44,889 nt of DNA, taken from a virus. Taxonomy: Duplodnaviria > Caudoviricetes. Below, piece by piece: positions 9,060 through 18,455 of this stretch. The position numbers were made by a program, and so were the translations under genes. Position 1 is the stretch's first letter. Each line of letters begins with the position of its first letter. The notes beneath the pieces are model-generated. The model made no database searches. It worked only from the letters and a program-made list of their open reading frames with translations, and was not told where the DNA came from. The stretch lies in the IMG/VR virus record IMGVR_UViG_3300020161_001520, positions 1 to 44,889 of that record, one strand, 5' to 3'.

Positions 9060-10252
9060 GTGATGAATTTCAACAAGAAGTTGCGGACATTGTTACGCAA
9101 AATAAAGTTAAAGAACTGCTAGAAAAACAAGGATTTGACCCAAATGACATGGGGAGAATATCTAAGGTAAGTGTTTCTACTTATCAAACTGTTACGAAAG
9201 ATGAAGAAGGCAACGCAACAGTTCATGACCTTGAAGGTTACAAGTATGTAATTCACCCTGCATGGGAAGGGTATGAGCCAGTAAGACAGGCAGACCCAGT
9301 ACAGGTAAACCTTGGATGGACACCAACTCGTCACGATAAAACACAAACAAAATTAAAGTGTGCAGTTATTCTTCCTGACCCACAAATTGGTTACCGTCGT
9401 TATGAAGACGGAACACTTGACCCATTTCACGATTTAGCCGCAATTGACGTTGCACTTCAAATGACAGCGTTTATCCAAGAAAAATACGGTGTTGACGACA
9501 TCATCAATCTTGGCGATTTTTTAGATTTGCCTGAACACTCTAGGTTTGCACAAGAGCCTTCGTTTGGTAATACAACACAGTTAGCGATTAATTACGGATA
9601 CGAGTTTCTTGCAAAGCAGCGTTCTATTGCTCCAGATGCTCGTATTGCTCTTTTAGAAGGCAACCACGATGACCGCTTAAGTCTTTACGCATTTCGTAAC
9701 GGAAAAGCCTCTTATGGACTAAAGAAGGCAGATGATGTAGATGGAGACCCAGTACTAAGTGTTCAAAACTTGCTGTGTCTAAAAGAACTAAACGTCGAGT
9801 TTTATGACAAGTACCCATCATTAGATTCACAGATTTGGTTAGGCAAGTACTTACGTGCAATGCACGGAACTAAGGTACGAAGCAACGGGTCAACTGCTGC
9901 AGCGTACACAAATGACACGCCACATTTATCAACTATTTTTGGACACGTTCATCGTCAAGAATTGCAGTACAGAACTACTTACGACCAAGACGGTCCAATT
10001 CGTAGCGTTGCTGTATCTCCAGGATGTTTGTGTCGTGTAGATGGTGCCGTTCCGTCAGTTAACTCAGGTGTTAGTGCAGACGGTAAGCCTGGAAAACATT
10101 GGGAGAACTGGCAGCAAGGTATTGCAGTTGTTTGGTACAACGAAGAAACAGGTCGTTTCTCAGTTGAACTGGTACATATTATTGAAGGTGCTGCTCTGTA
10201 TCAAGGTGTTGAATTTTATGCCAATCTAGGTGGCGATACTTCTCTCGTTTAG
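9050..10252 (+). CDS. calcineurin-like metallophosphoesterase
   Basis: PDPQ, LGDFLD, GNHD, MHG, GHVH motifs. Confidence 0.88.
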   Translation: MSLSDEFQQEVADIVTQNKVKELLEKQGFDPNDMGRISKVSVSTYQTVTKDEEGNATVHDLEGYKYVIHPAWEGYEPVRQADPVQVNLGWTPTRHDKTQTKLKCAVILPDPQIGYRRYEDGTLDPFHDLAAIDVALQMTAFIQEKYGVDDIINLGDFLDLPEHSRFAQEPSFGNTTQLAINYGYEFLAKQRSIAPDARIALLEGNHDDRLSLYAFRNGKASYGLKKADDVDGDPVLSVQNLLCLKELNVEFYDKYPSLDSQIWLGKYLRAMHGTKVRSNGSTAAAYTNDTPHLSTIFGHVHRQELQYRTTYDQDGPIRSVAVSPGCLCRVDGAVPSVNSGVSADGKPGKHWENWQQGIAVVWYNEETGRFSVELVHIIEGAALYQGVEFYANLGGDTSLV

Positions 10253-10364
10253 CATCTTCCATAAATCCAGGGTTCCCAAATTCTTTGTTACATTCATGGC
10301 AATAGGTTATAAATTGCAACGGATTGCCTAAAACTCCGTTTATAGTAATGGTGGGCTGGTTCAT
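10179..10364 (-). CDS. small Zn-finger protein (leaderless)
   Basis: CHEC..H..WH; TGC-TAGGAT-N6-ATG promoter directly upstream. Confidence 0.55.
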   Translation of the reverse strand: MNQPTITINGVLGNPLQFITYCHECNKEFGNPGFMEDAKREKYRHLDWHKIQHLDTEQHLQ

Positions 10365-10400
10365 GCTGACATCCTAGCAGAAGCAGCCCATCATTTACCT

Positions 10401-10919
10401 ATGTCAAAAAAGCGTGAAGCCTTCCGTGCTCTGACTCAAGAGCGTATTTCTGAGGCACTTAAGCCTAGTAACACCACCCACCCCGTTCTCAGTGCTGTGT
10501 TGTTTTCTCACGCTACTGCTACAAAAGGTGGAGCGTCTATGGACGTAAACACTGGAAACATTGCTACTCCTAAAGACGACCTACATTTTGTTGGTGGAGA
10601 AAAGGATGTTAAAGGCAAGCGTATTAAAACAAAGATGATTGATAAAGGAAAAACTTCTCCTGGAGTAACCCCATTGCAAGCACTTCAACATCGTATGAGA
10701 ATTCAAAAAGCAACAGGCGGACAAAAGTCTGTAAACATGGGGTCTTGGGTAAACCAAGACAATCCAAAAGAAGGTGTTTATATTGACGCATCTCGTGGTT
10801 ATACAGATTTAGGAGAAGCCAAAAAGACAATGGAATCTCGTAATGAAATGGCGTTGTTCAGTATGAAAAAAGGCGAAATTAAAAATAAAAAATACGACCC
10901 AAATAAGAAGCAAACCTAA
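10401..10919 (+). CDS. basic hypothetical protein
   Basis: 172-aa Lys-rich ORF heading a coupled gene run. Confidence 0.75.
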   Translation: MSKKREAFRALTQERISEALKPSNTTHPVLSAVLFSHATATKGGASMDVNTGNIATPKDDLHFVGGEKDVKGKRIKTKMIDKGKTSPGVTPLQALQHRMRIQKATGGQKSVNMGSWVNQDNPKEGVYIDASRGYTDLGEAKKTMESRNEMALFSMKKGEIKNKKYDPNKKQT

Positions 10920-11446
10920 TGGCTAACCTAACTCCTAACCAAGACTGGCAATCCTTAGGTGCTGGTGGTCTAAATGGCTATAACAACCAAGGAGACTACG
11001 GTGGACCTGCCGTTCGTTCTAACTTAGATTTTCAACGCTTAGGTGTTGGTCGTGTACCTTCTGCAGAATACCCAGACGGATATTTAGGAACTCTAACAAC
11101 TCGTCGTCGTGATGACCGTTTGTTAGATTCAATTAAAAACAATGTTAATAAAAAAGCGTACCAGCGTGGTGTGCACAAAGGCGAACGTATTGAGCCTTCT
11201 ATGTACTACTGGCCCTCAGAATTACAACCTACCCGTGGAATCTCACGACAAATGAAATCACAAATGGATGCCTCTAGAGGTGTGGTTGTATATTTTTCAG
11301 AAAGAAACAGACCAGAAGTTGAACTAACTCCTGCTCCACATTTAGTAAACGACGGTAAAGCAAATCTACGTGCTGACGAACCTGGCGTAATTTACGCAAA
11401 GAAAGACAACTCACGTTTAGTTAATATGCGTCCGAACTGGAGATAA
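10919..11446 (+). CDS. hypothetical protein
   Basis: TAATG coupling; 175 aa. Confidence 0.75.
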   Translation: MANLTPNQDWQSLGAGGLNGYNNQGDYGGPAVRSNLDFQRLGVGRVPSAEYPDGYLGTLTTRRRDDRLLDSIKNNVNKKAYQRGVHKGERIEPSMYYWPSELQPTRGISRQMKSQMDASRGVVVYFSERNRPEVELTPAPHLVNDGKANLRADEPGVIYAKKDNSRLVNMRPNWR

Positions 11447-11447
11447 A

Positions 11448-11813
11448 GTGACCCAAAAACCAGACGGTCGTTACGACCATACCAAGCCTTGGAACAAGCG
11501 TCCTCCGTTTCAGCCAGACCAAGTAGCAAAGCGTTATCAATATAACGGACCATGGTCAAGCAATATGGAAAGACTAACTTCTCAAGCACTTATGGTTATG
11601 AACATTCCTGGAGCAGATATTCAGAAAATGGTGCGTCCACCCTTGCCTCAAATTAGACTATTTCCAGAAAAGTACGGATATAACCGTAAAATGTTTGGTA
11701 TTGATGACATAGTTTCTATTGACCGTAACTATGTAGAACCACGAGTTGGTTGGTTCTCAGGTGGAGTCGGCGGATACTCAGGGTCATCACGCAATGATTT
11801 AGGAGCCAATTAA
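11448..11813 (+). CDS. hypothetical protein
   Basis: GGAG RBS; abuts its neighbours. Confidence 0.7.
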   Translation: MTQKPDGRYDHTKPWNKRPPFQPDQVAKRYQYNGPWSSNMERLTSQALMVMNIPGADIQKMVRPPLPQIRLFPEKYGYNRKMFGIDDIVSIDRNYVEPRVGWFSGGVGGYSGSSRNDLGAN

Positions 11814-12013
11814 TGGATATTGAAGGCGGCAGTTACACGCTAGATATGCAAGCAAAGACTGTGGTAGACAACGCAATGAAGTACAACGGGTCTCACCCTT
11901 GTTCTGGTTGCGGTTTAATTATGGACCCTGTTTCCGCCATGTACAGTAAGGGTATGTGCCCTCAATGTTTTGCATCCCGTAACGCTAAAAGATTAAAGGA
12001 CAGAATGGCATGA
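11813..12013 (+). CDS. small Zn-finger protein
   Basis: CSGC...CPQC; coupled. Confidence 0.7.
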   Translation: MDIEGGSYTLDMQAKTVVDNAMKYNGSHPCSGCGLIMDPVSAMYSKGMCPQCFASRNAKRLKDRMA

Positions 12014-12585
12014 GTCCTAGAAAAACAACTCGTTCAGGAAAACCATTAGATAAAAAAACAGGAAAAATTGTCACACCTCGTGTAGGAACAATTCAAAAAG
12101 GTGAAGACGGAAAACTTCGTCGAGTTACTAAAGAAGATGCTAAAGCAGCCCGTACTACAGTTCTTCCAACCGTTGGTCCAGAGGCTCCAAAAAAGAGCAC
12201 AGCAATTCCTGGTACTCCTGGAGTTGTTGGTCGTGGACCACGTGCTATTAGACAAGGTGCAGCAGCGGGTACCTACCCACAAATTAAAGCGTTGACCTCT
12301 CACGCTCAAGTTTTACTAGGTCGTATGAGTGAAACTCATGGAACTGCTGACTACCACCAACATCACGAAGAGTTCAACATGGTTCATGCCACTTTAGGTC
12401 AAATGAGCCCACATATTCACGGCATTTTGGGCATGGCAAAAGACCTAGTTCACAACCCTTCAGAAAAAAGTACTGCGGGTTTAGCAGCAGTAGATACCGC
12501 CTTAAAGAGTAGACTTTCTATCATCAAGACCGCTGCAGATGAACGTCAAAAGCGTCGTGATGCTAACAGACCGCAAGGAGAATAA
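12010..12585 (+). CDS. basic hypothetical protein
   Basis: ATGA overlap; Lys/Arg-rich N-terminus and His-rich core. Confidence 0.7.
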   Translation: MSPRKTTRSGKPLDKKTGKIVTPRVGTIQKGEDGKLRRVTKEDAKAARTTVLPTVGPEAPKKSTAIPGTPGVVGRGPRAIRQGAAAGTYPQIKALTSHAQVLLGRMSETHGTADYHQHHEEFNMVHATLGQMSPHIHGILGMAKDLVHNPSEKSTAGLAAVDTALKSRLSIIKTAADERQKRRDANRPQGE

Positions 12586-12587
12586 TT

Positions 12588-12908
12588 ATGATTTCATGGA
12601 ATGACCGTCGCAAGGCTAAGAAAGCCCAAAGCATGGAAACAAAAAAGAACATTGCTGCCATGGCTAAACAAGGCACACTACGCTCAGGTGGTCCTGCACG
12701 TACTGATAAGTGGAACACTGCTGGTCAAGATGAACGTGCTGCTGTACGCAATGAGGCACGTAATGCTGGTTGGGAAGCAGGTGCTGACCCATACGCTAGA
12801 GCAAAAAATTACAAGACAGCAGCAAAGCGAGTTTCTGCCGACCCTGCCAAATTTCGTTTAACAGATACAGCACCAATGCAAGCAAACCCAAAGAAGAAAG
12901 CGAAGTAA
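12588..12908 (+). CDS. small basic hypothetical protein
   Basis: AAGGAG RBS; Lys/Ala-rich. Confidence 0.7.
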   Translation: MISWNDRRKAKKAQSMETKKNIAAMAKQGTLRSGGPARTDKWNTAGQDERAAVRNEARNAGWEAGADPYARAKNYKTAAKRVSADPAKFRLTDTAPMQANPKKKAK

Positions 12909-12910
12909 CC

Positions 12911-13117
12911 ATGGCTGTTAACTCATCACGTTCAATGAACAAGTCACTTAATGACGGAGCAACAGACGGTAAGTACCGTAAGGCTCGTCCAGACACTGAA
13001 GTTATTGCTGGTGCTGGTTCAGAAGAGACTCTTGACAATCGTCAAGCACTACACCCATTCTTTAACTATGGATTTACAACAACTGAACATCCAAACATGG
13101 TGAATCCAGGTAAGTAA
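12911..13117 (+). CDS. hypothetical protein
   Basis: Tightly packed in the operon. Confidence 0.7.
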   Translation: MAVNSSRSMNKSLNDGATDGKYRKARPDTEVIAGAGSEETLDNRQALHPFFNYGFTTTEHPNMVNPGK

Positions 13118-13118
13118 G

Positions 13119-13496
13119 ATGGCAAAAAAAGTTGCTAATAGCAGTGCTGGTCCACTTATCTCAGCACGTGAGCCTTTTTCAGGTTCAAACATGGAAGGAC
13201 ACGCAGGTGCTCCTCGTTCACATGGTTGGTTAAGCGGAACTCAGTTTGGTGAGCATATAAAGGCGTTAAAGAATCCCGACTACACAGTCAATTCTTACAA
13301 CACACCAATTGCTGTACACCATGAAGAAGGCTGGCACTATCCAGACGTATCACACAGCCCTACAACCGCTAAGCACCAGTCAATTGTTCGACGTGCCATT
13401 GGCGTTAAGAGCGGTCGTGAAATTAAGATGGACGAACGTGCTGCTAAGCGTAAAGCAAAGCAAGAAGCCAACGACCAACAACTTTGGAACTCATAA
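13119..13496 (+). CDS. conserved phage hypothetical protein
   Basis: Y.V.SY.TPIA...S.TT.KHQ pattern, common in phage proteins. Confidence 0.7.
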   Translation: MAKKVANSSAGPLISAREPFSGSNMEGHAGAPRSHGWLSGTQFGEHIKALKNPDYTVNSYNTPIAVHHEEGWHYPDVSHSPTTAKHQSIVRRAIGVKSGREIKMDERAAKRKAKQEANDQQLWNS

Positions 13497-13538
13497 TTTA
13501 ATCTGCTAGGCTGGTAGTACCAACTCAAGGAGCACAAT

Positions 13539-14093
13539 ATGTCGAATATCCCTCTATTGGGGTCCCGTCAACCAGAAGACCACAACTCAGGCCCTGTATT
13601 GCGTTTGTTGCATTGCATGGTTTGTTCCTCTATTGAAGAGTTGCCGCCCTTTAAAGGTAGACCAGAAGAAGACCATCTACTGCAAATTGCATGTCAGAAA
13701 CATAAGTTTCCGTCAGGTGAAGAACACAAGGGCCTTCTTTTCATTGTGCCTCTAAAAGTATGGATGAATACCGAAGCCCGTAAAGACGTTATTCGTCAAT
13801 TAAAAGGCGGAGGTTCAAAAGGTCTTGCTGAAATTGATGATTCTTTCTATGACACAAAGAGTCAATTTGGTGAAGACGCATTAAGTTGCTGGAAGAGCCA
13901 TAACAAACCACAAGATACTTGTGGTGATTATCAGTCAGATGGCAAACAACTAATTCCAGACACCCTTAAAGAAAGAAAAGAATTGGGTATGTCCACAGAA
14001 ATAGGCGGTCCAAAGAACTACCTCTGTCATTTCTGCCCAATTCACGCTAAGGTAGTGCAACGTAAACGACAACTGATGGGAATGTACGATTAA
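13539..14093 (+). CDS. Cys/His-rich metal-binding hypothetical protein
   Basis: CMVC..H..H and C..H..C..LCHFCP; TGC-TAGGCT promoter (13504-13512) and AAGGAG RBS. Confidence 0.75.
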   Translation: MSNIPLLGSRQPEDHNSGPVLRLLHCMVCSSIEELPPFKGRPEEDHLLQIACQKHKFPSGEEHKGLLFIVPLKVWMNTEARKDVIRQLKGGGSKGLAEIDDSFYDTKSQFGEDALSCWKSHNKPQDTCGDYQSDGKQLIPDTLKERKELGMSTEIGGPKNYLCHFCPIHAKVVQRKRQLMGMYD

Positions 14094-14094
14094 T

Positions 14095-14433
14095 ATGGAA
14101 AATGAATTCTATTTTGTAGTTGCTGTAGAAAAAGACGGCAACATTCAGACCTATAAGGAACTTCCTGAAGGTATTACTAATGAGCGTGTTGCATCTACTT
14201 TTGATATTTACAAGGTATGTAAAGAGATTGTTGCAGACATTGAGGCACAACTTCTTGCTGACCGTGTTATTTCAGGAGTAATGAACGCCATGTCACAACG
14301 TGAAATGACTATCCAAGAGCGTATGTCTGCTGCTCTTCAAGAGCGTGGAGTAGAGTTTGACGCATCAGCAGGTAAGACTGTTTCATTTTCTACAGACCCT
14401 GTAGAAGTACCTATTGAGGTTGTAGAGGAGTAA
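14095..14433 (+). CDS. acidic hypothetical protein
   Basis: 112-aa ORF in the operon. Confidence 0.7.
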   Translation: MENEFYFVVAVEKDGNIQTYKELPEGITNERVASTFDIYKVCKEIVADIEAQLLADRVISGVMNAMSQREMTIQERMSAALQERGVEFDASAGKTVSFSTDPVEVPIEVVEE

Positions 14434-14435
14434 TC

Positions 14436-14648
14436 ATGCATATTGAGATGTCATGCGGTGGGTGTGAAAGTTCACTGTCCATTGCTGGTGACGACAAAGA
14501 TAGCGAGCAAATTTGGCATCTCACTCATAGGTTTACTTCGGCTCATACAGTGTGTGGGTATGTTAATCCCCCATCTGTTGATAAAGAAGCATCACGTCCT
14601 ATGAAAAAACGAGTCATCAAGCCATTCACAGAGGAAGATGACGAGTAA
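14436..14648 (+). CDS. small Zn-binding protein
   Basis: CGGC...H..C; GAGGAG RBS. Confidence 0.65.
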   Translation: MHIEMSCGGCESSLSIAGDDKDSEQIWHLTHRFTSAHTVCGYVNPPSVDKEASRPMKKRVIKPFTEEDDE

Positions 14649-14657
14649 ACTTAAGGA

Positions 14658-15605
14658 ATGCTAAATAACCGCAACGACAGATTACGTCAAGTGGTTGGCT
14701 CAGTCACTTTGGCAGAGTCAACCACTTCTTATTTTAGCGAACCAGAAAAAACACTTGACCCTGTTTTATTTGACGGTGAAAAGATAAAGCCGTGGGTACG
14801 TAACAGCCTCTTAAGAATGTTGTATGAGTTTTTAAGCAAGACATATCAAACACCACAAGCATGGTGTACCACTTGGTTAGCAGGTTCTGCTGTTTCCTAT
14901 CAATGGAAAGTTCAACGTGAACCAGGAGACCTTGATGTCTTAATTGGCGTTGACTACCAAACTTTCCGTAGGACTCACCCCGACTACATGGGATTAACAG
15001 ACGTTGAAGTAAGCAAAATGTTAAACGAAGATTTCCGTGAAGGGCTAATGCCTAACACCAAAAATTGGGAAGGGTTTGAAGTTACTTTCTATGTAAACCC
15101 AGGTGCAACAGACATTCGGGTTATTAAGCCTTACGCTGCTTACAACATTACTGATAACGAATGGACTGTTCACCCAGACCCAGAGGCTCGTGCTAAAAAT
15201 ACTCCTGCATGGGAAATGGCAGCACAACGTGACCACCAAAAAGCAATTGAAATTGTGTCACGTTATTCAAACGCAACAGTTGCTTTAGAATCTGCTCAGA
15301 ACCCTGCTTCTAGAAGAAACGCTGAGTATCAACTGCTAACTGCTTTAGAACAGGGTGCAGCACTATGGGAAGACATCCACAGCAGTAGAAAAAAAGCGTT
15401 TTCACAGACAGGCGAAGGTTACGGAGATTTTTACAACTATCGTTGGCAAGCAGGAAAACGACTAGGCACAGTCGCTGCTTTAAGAATGTTAAAAGATTAT
15501 TTAGACTCGTTTAAAGAAACTACTGAAGCGGAAACTTACGGAGTTACTCTTCCAGATACACAGACACTTATTCGTAGAGCAGCAATGTATAGGGCGGGAA
15601 GATAG
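14658..15605 (+). CDS. Pol-beta superfamily nucleotidyltransferase
   Basis: LAGS...GDLDVLI (hGS..DhD) and a third acidic residue in FEVTFY. Confidence 0.75.
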   Translation: MLNNRNDRLRQVVGSVTLAESTTSYFSEPEKTLDPVLFDGEKIKPWVRNSLLRMLYEFLSKTYQTPQAWCTTWLAGSAVSYQWKVQREPGDLDVLIGVDYQTFRRTHPDYMGLTDVEVSKMLNEDFREGLMPNTKNWEGFEVTFYVNPGATDIRVIKPYAAYNITDNEWTVHPDPEARAKNTPAWEMAAQRDHQKAIEIVSRYSNATVALESAQNPASRRNAEYQLLTALEQGAALWEDIHSSRKKAFSQTGEGYGDFYNYRWQAGKRLGTVAALRMLKDYLDSFKETTEAETYGVTLPDTQTLIRRAAMYRAGR

Positions 15606-15612
15606 GGATTTA

Positions 15613-16104
15613 GTGAACATACTCGTAGCATTAGAAGGCGTACTAAGTTCGAACACCAATAAGCAAGAGCCAAGTCGTGTTGGGGCTATGGTTTATTACG
15701 GATTTAAACCAGCACACAGAGTCGCCATATTTACATCTTGGGCTAAAAAGGATGCAGAGCATTGGTTGAACGTAAATGGGTTTATTGGGTATGACGAACT
15801 GATAGATAACTCTTACGACATTCTTGGTGAAGACCTATCTCAAAGACAAATCACCATTGCACGGTCACGTCAACAGGTTGAACTGCTTGTTACTGGTGAC
15901 CCTGAGTTAGCGGCTTGGGCATTTGAAAAAGGTCTACCTTCTTTAGTACTGGCACACCCAGACACAATGTTGGTTGAGAACAGACCAGACGCACCTACCA
16001 AAATGCGTTCTTGGAGTTCTATAGAAGAAGTTATTACTCAACGAAACATAAAGAGGTCCAAAGATGCTGCTAAAGCAGATGCCCCTTTATTTAACTTTGA
16101 ATAG
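15613..16104 (+). CDS. HAD-fold protein with degenerate motif I
   Basis: ILVALEGVL in place of hhhDxDG; AIFTS motif II; WL...G...YD.L as in PNKP-type phosphatase domains. Confidence 0.55.
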   Translation: MNILVALEGVLSSNTNKQEPSRVGAMVYYGFKPAHRVAIFTSWAKKDAEHWLNVNGFIGYDELIDNSYDILGEDLSQRQITIARSRQQVELLVTGDPELAAWAFEKGLPSLVLAHPDTMLVENRPDAPTKMRSWSSIEEVITQRNIKRSKDAAKADAPLFNFE

Positions 16105-16110
16105 GGCCCT

Positions 16111-17628
16111 ATGAAAATTGTTTATGGAGGAACTGAGGTAGGGAGTAACCGCACCCTTTTAGAAGGTATGGGCGTAAAGGTTATGGGTCTATCTTTTTAC
16201 GGACTTAAAAAACGGTATTTGCCAAAGAATAAGTTATGGCTTATCTCTGAGCATTTCACAGAAGATACTGCAGTTGTCCTGGACAGCGGCATTCATCAAT
16301 TAGAGGGGTCTGGGGCTTCTAAAGAAGAAATAACTTCTTTTGCAGCCGAATACCAAGAGTTTGTTGCAAACAACCTGACCAGGGTCACAGGGTTTACAGA
16401 AGTAGACTCTCAAGTAATGGGGTTGGACTGGGTACTTCAGGAAAGAGCCTCCTACGAGCATGACCCAAAATTGTGGGTCGTATGGCACGAGTCCTATGGT
16501 CTTCCAACCCTTAGAAAGTGGGCTACTGCCTATCAAAACGTAGCCATACCCCACGCCTCTATTGAAGCCTGTACGAGTCTCTCAGGGGTCACCAGAGCCC
16601 TTGTAGCCCAGCAAGGAACAAAGTTTCATGCCTTAGGCTCAGCCAAGCCAGACAACCTACGGCAGATACCGTTTGCCTCTTCAACCACCCTTTCGTGGCT
16701 TAGCCCAATGAGAAATGGGGAGACCATTATTTGGGATAACAAGCAGATTGTTCGTTACCCTAAAAAGATGATGGCTCAAGCCAGACCCCGTTACAAGTCT
16801 GTTGTTGAGAAGGCTGGTCTGGACTTTGTAAAGTTTCTAGAGAACGATAACGTGGAATCCGCTAAGGTTGCGGTCTGGTCATATCAACAGTTGGAGAAGT
16901 CAATGGATAAGAAACGCCCTGATTTACACATTATCGAAGGCGGAAATGACCCCTTATTATCTGATAACACTGAGACCCCCCTACTCAGTACTTTTGCGGA
17001 AACTATGGGGGTAGGTTCTGATAACAGTGACCTTGACATGCGGAAAGTTTCTGACGTAGAAGAGCCTAAAAAACTGCTTCCAAGAGAACCTGATGAGGTA
17101 ATGAACCTGCCTGTCTTTGGCTACCAAATGAAGACCATTGTGGACACTGATGAAAATGGAAACGACATCCTAAAAGACGTTCCATTGGTACAGACTACGG
17201 GTGCTTCTTTGCGTCAATGCGACACTTGCTTTGTCGCTGCCAACTGCCCAGCCTTCAAACCCCAGAGTGCTTGTGCTTTCAATTTGCCTGTAGCAGTTCA
17301 AACCAAAGACCAACTAAAAGCCTTATTAAACACCGTTATTGAGATGCAAGGAGCAAGAGTTGCGTTCTCTCGCTTTGCTGAAGAACTCAATGGAGGCTAC
17401 CCTGACCCCAACACTTCACAGGAAATTGACCGCCTTTTCAAGTTGGTTAAGGGCATGAAAGAGTTGGAAGAAAACAGAGAATTCATTAGGATTACCGCTG
17501 AACGTCAGTCTTCAGGCGGGGTACTTTCAGCCATTTTTGGTGACAGAGCACAGGCTTTAAGAGACCTTCCAAACGGAGGTTTAAGCGAAGCAGAGACCAC
17601 CAAAATCATTCAACAAAGCCTAGAGTAG
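16111..17628 (+). CDS. TGT/DpdA-like barrel fused to a Cys-rich helical C-terminal domain
   Basis: VLDSG, KFHALG, IPFASSTTLSW..P.R.G resemble the DSG / H.LG / PF.S.DS.SW motifs of phage TGT-like proteins. C-terminal CDTC..CP..C. Confidence 0.5.
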   Translation: MKIVYGGTEVGSNRTLLEGMGVKVMGLSFYGLKKRYLPKNKLWLISEHFTEDTAVVLDSGIHQLEGSGASKEEITSFAAEYQEFVANNLTRVTGFTEVDSQVMGLDWVLQERASYEHDPKLWVVWHESYGLPTLRKWATAYQNVAIPHASIEACTSLSGVTRALVAQQGTKFHALGSAKPDNLRQIPFASSTTLSWLSPMRNGETIIWDNKQIVRYPKKMMAQARPRYKSVVEKAGLDFVKFLENDNVESAKVAVWSYQQLEKSMDKKRPDLHIIEGGNDPLLSDNTETPLLSTFAETMGVGSDNSDLDMRKVSDVEEPKKLLPREPDEVMNLPVFGYQMKTIVDTDENGNDILKDVPLVQTTGASLRQCDTCFVAANCPAFKPQSACAFNLPVAVQTKDQLKALLNTVIEMQGARVAFSRFAEELNGGYPDPNTSQEIDRLFKLVKGMKELEENREFIRITAERQSSGGVLSAIFGDRAQALRDLPNGGLSEAETTKIIQQSLE

Positions 17629-17679
17629 TATCTGATAACAAGGGGCTATAGGACATGGAACACTACAGAGGAGAATCAG

Positions 17680-18372
17680 ATGAAAAAGATACGGTTTACA
17701 GCAGACTCAAAACTGACCCATATTCAGTTTGACGCACCAACTCCAGCCTCCAAAGTAGTACCTGAGTGGTACAAAGAAACACCTCAATTTATCAATCAAG
17801 ACACTAGGGCTAAATCTTGGAACTCTACAATTAAGAGATGTAGCCCTTTTTTAGATGCCCTATCTGCTGGATATTCCTACGTCTTAGCCGATGACCTAGA
17901 GGTAACTCGCAACATGGCTGGAATTCCAACCGTTAAGTGGAGAACAACCACAGAAATAATCTCTGACCATAACCCTAGCCAACATCCTTTGTTACCTATT
18001 CCACAAGGATTTGTCCAGAGGGTTTTTAAATGGAATAACGAATGGTCTATTAATACCGATTCAGGATTTAGTGCTTTTTTTACTCACCCCACAAATCGAT
18101 ATGACCTTCCATTTCTAACCTTTAGCGGAATAGTGGACACAGACGCTTATACTCAGCCAGTGCAATTTCCTTTTATTTTAAAAGAAGACTTTGAAGGCAT
18201 TATTGAACGAGGAACTCCAGTTGCACAAATAATCCCTATTAAACGAGAGGCTTGGACATCTGAAATTGTGCCTTATAACGAAGAAACCTCATTAAAAGAA
18301 CAACGTAAGTTTTTGGGCAAAATAGACCGTTCTTATAAAACCCAATGGTGGATAAAAAAGACCTATAACTAA
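17680..18372 (+). CDS. dUTPase-fold (DUF6065-like) protein, paralog 1
   Basis: PEWY, K.C.P.LD...GY, THP.NR.DLPF, GIVDTD, GTP.AQ.IP.KRE.W. Confidence 0.7.
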   Translation: MKKIRFTADSKLTHIQFDAPTPASKVVPEWYKETPQFINQDTRAKSWNSTIKRCSPFLDALSAGYSYVLADDLEVTRNMAGIPTVKWRTTTEIISDHNPSQHPLLPIPQGFVQRVFKWNNEWSINTDSGFSAFFTHPTNRYDLPFLTFSGIVDTDAYTQPVQFPFILKEDFEGIIERGTPVAQIIPIKREAWTSEIVPYNEETSLKEQRKFLGKIDRSYKTQWWIKKTYN

Positions 18373-18455
18373 TACTTGCCTCTAGTTATCAGGTGCATGA
18401 GCATTACCAGTACGGAACAATACGTTTTCTCCCACAACAACCCGAAAGGCTATTT

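Noticed and set aside
18373-18455. Cobalamin riboswitch upstream of the B12-dependent nrdJ
   Set aside because: The gap is only ~80 nt and has no B12-box-like sequence.
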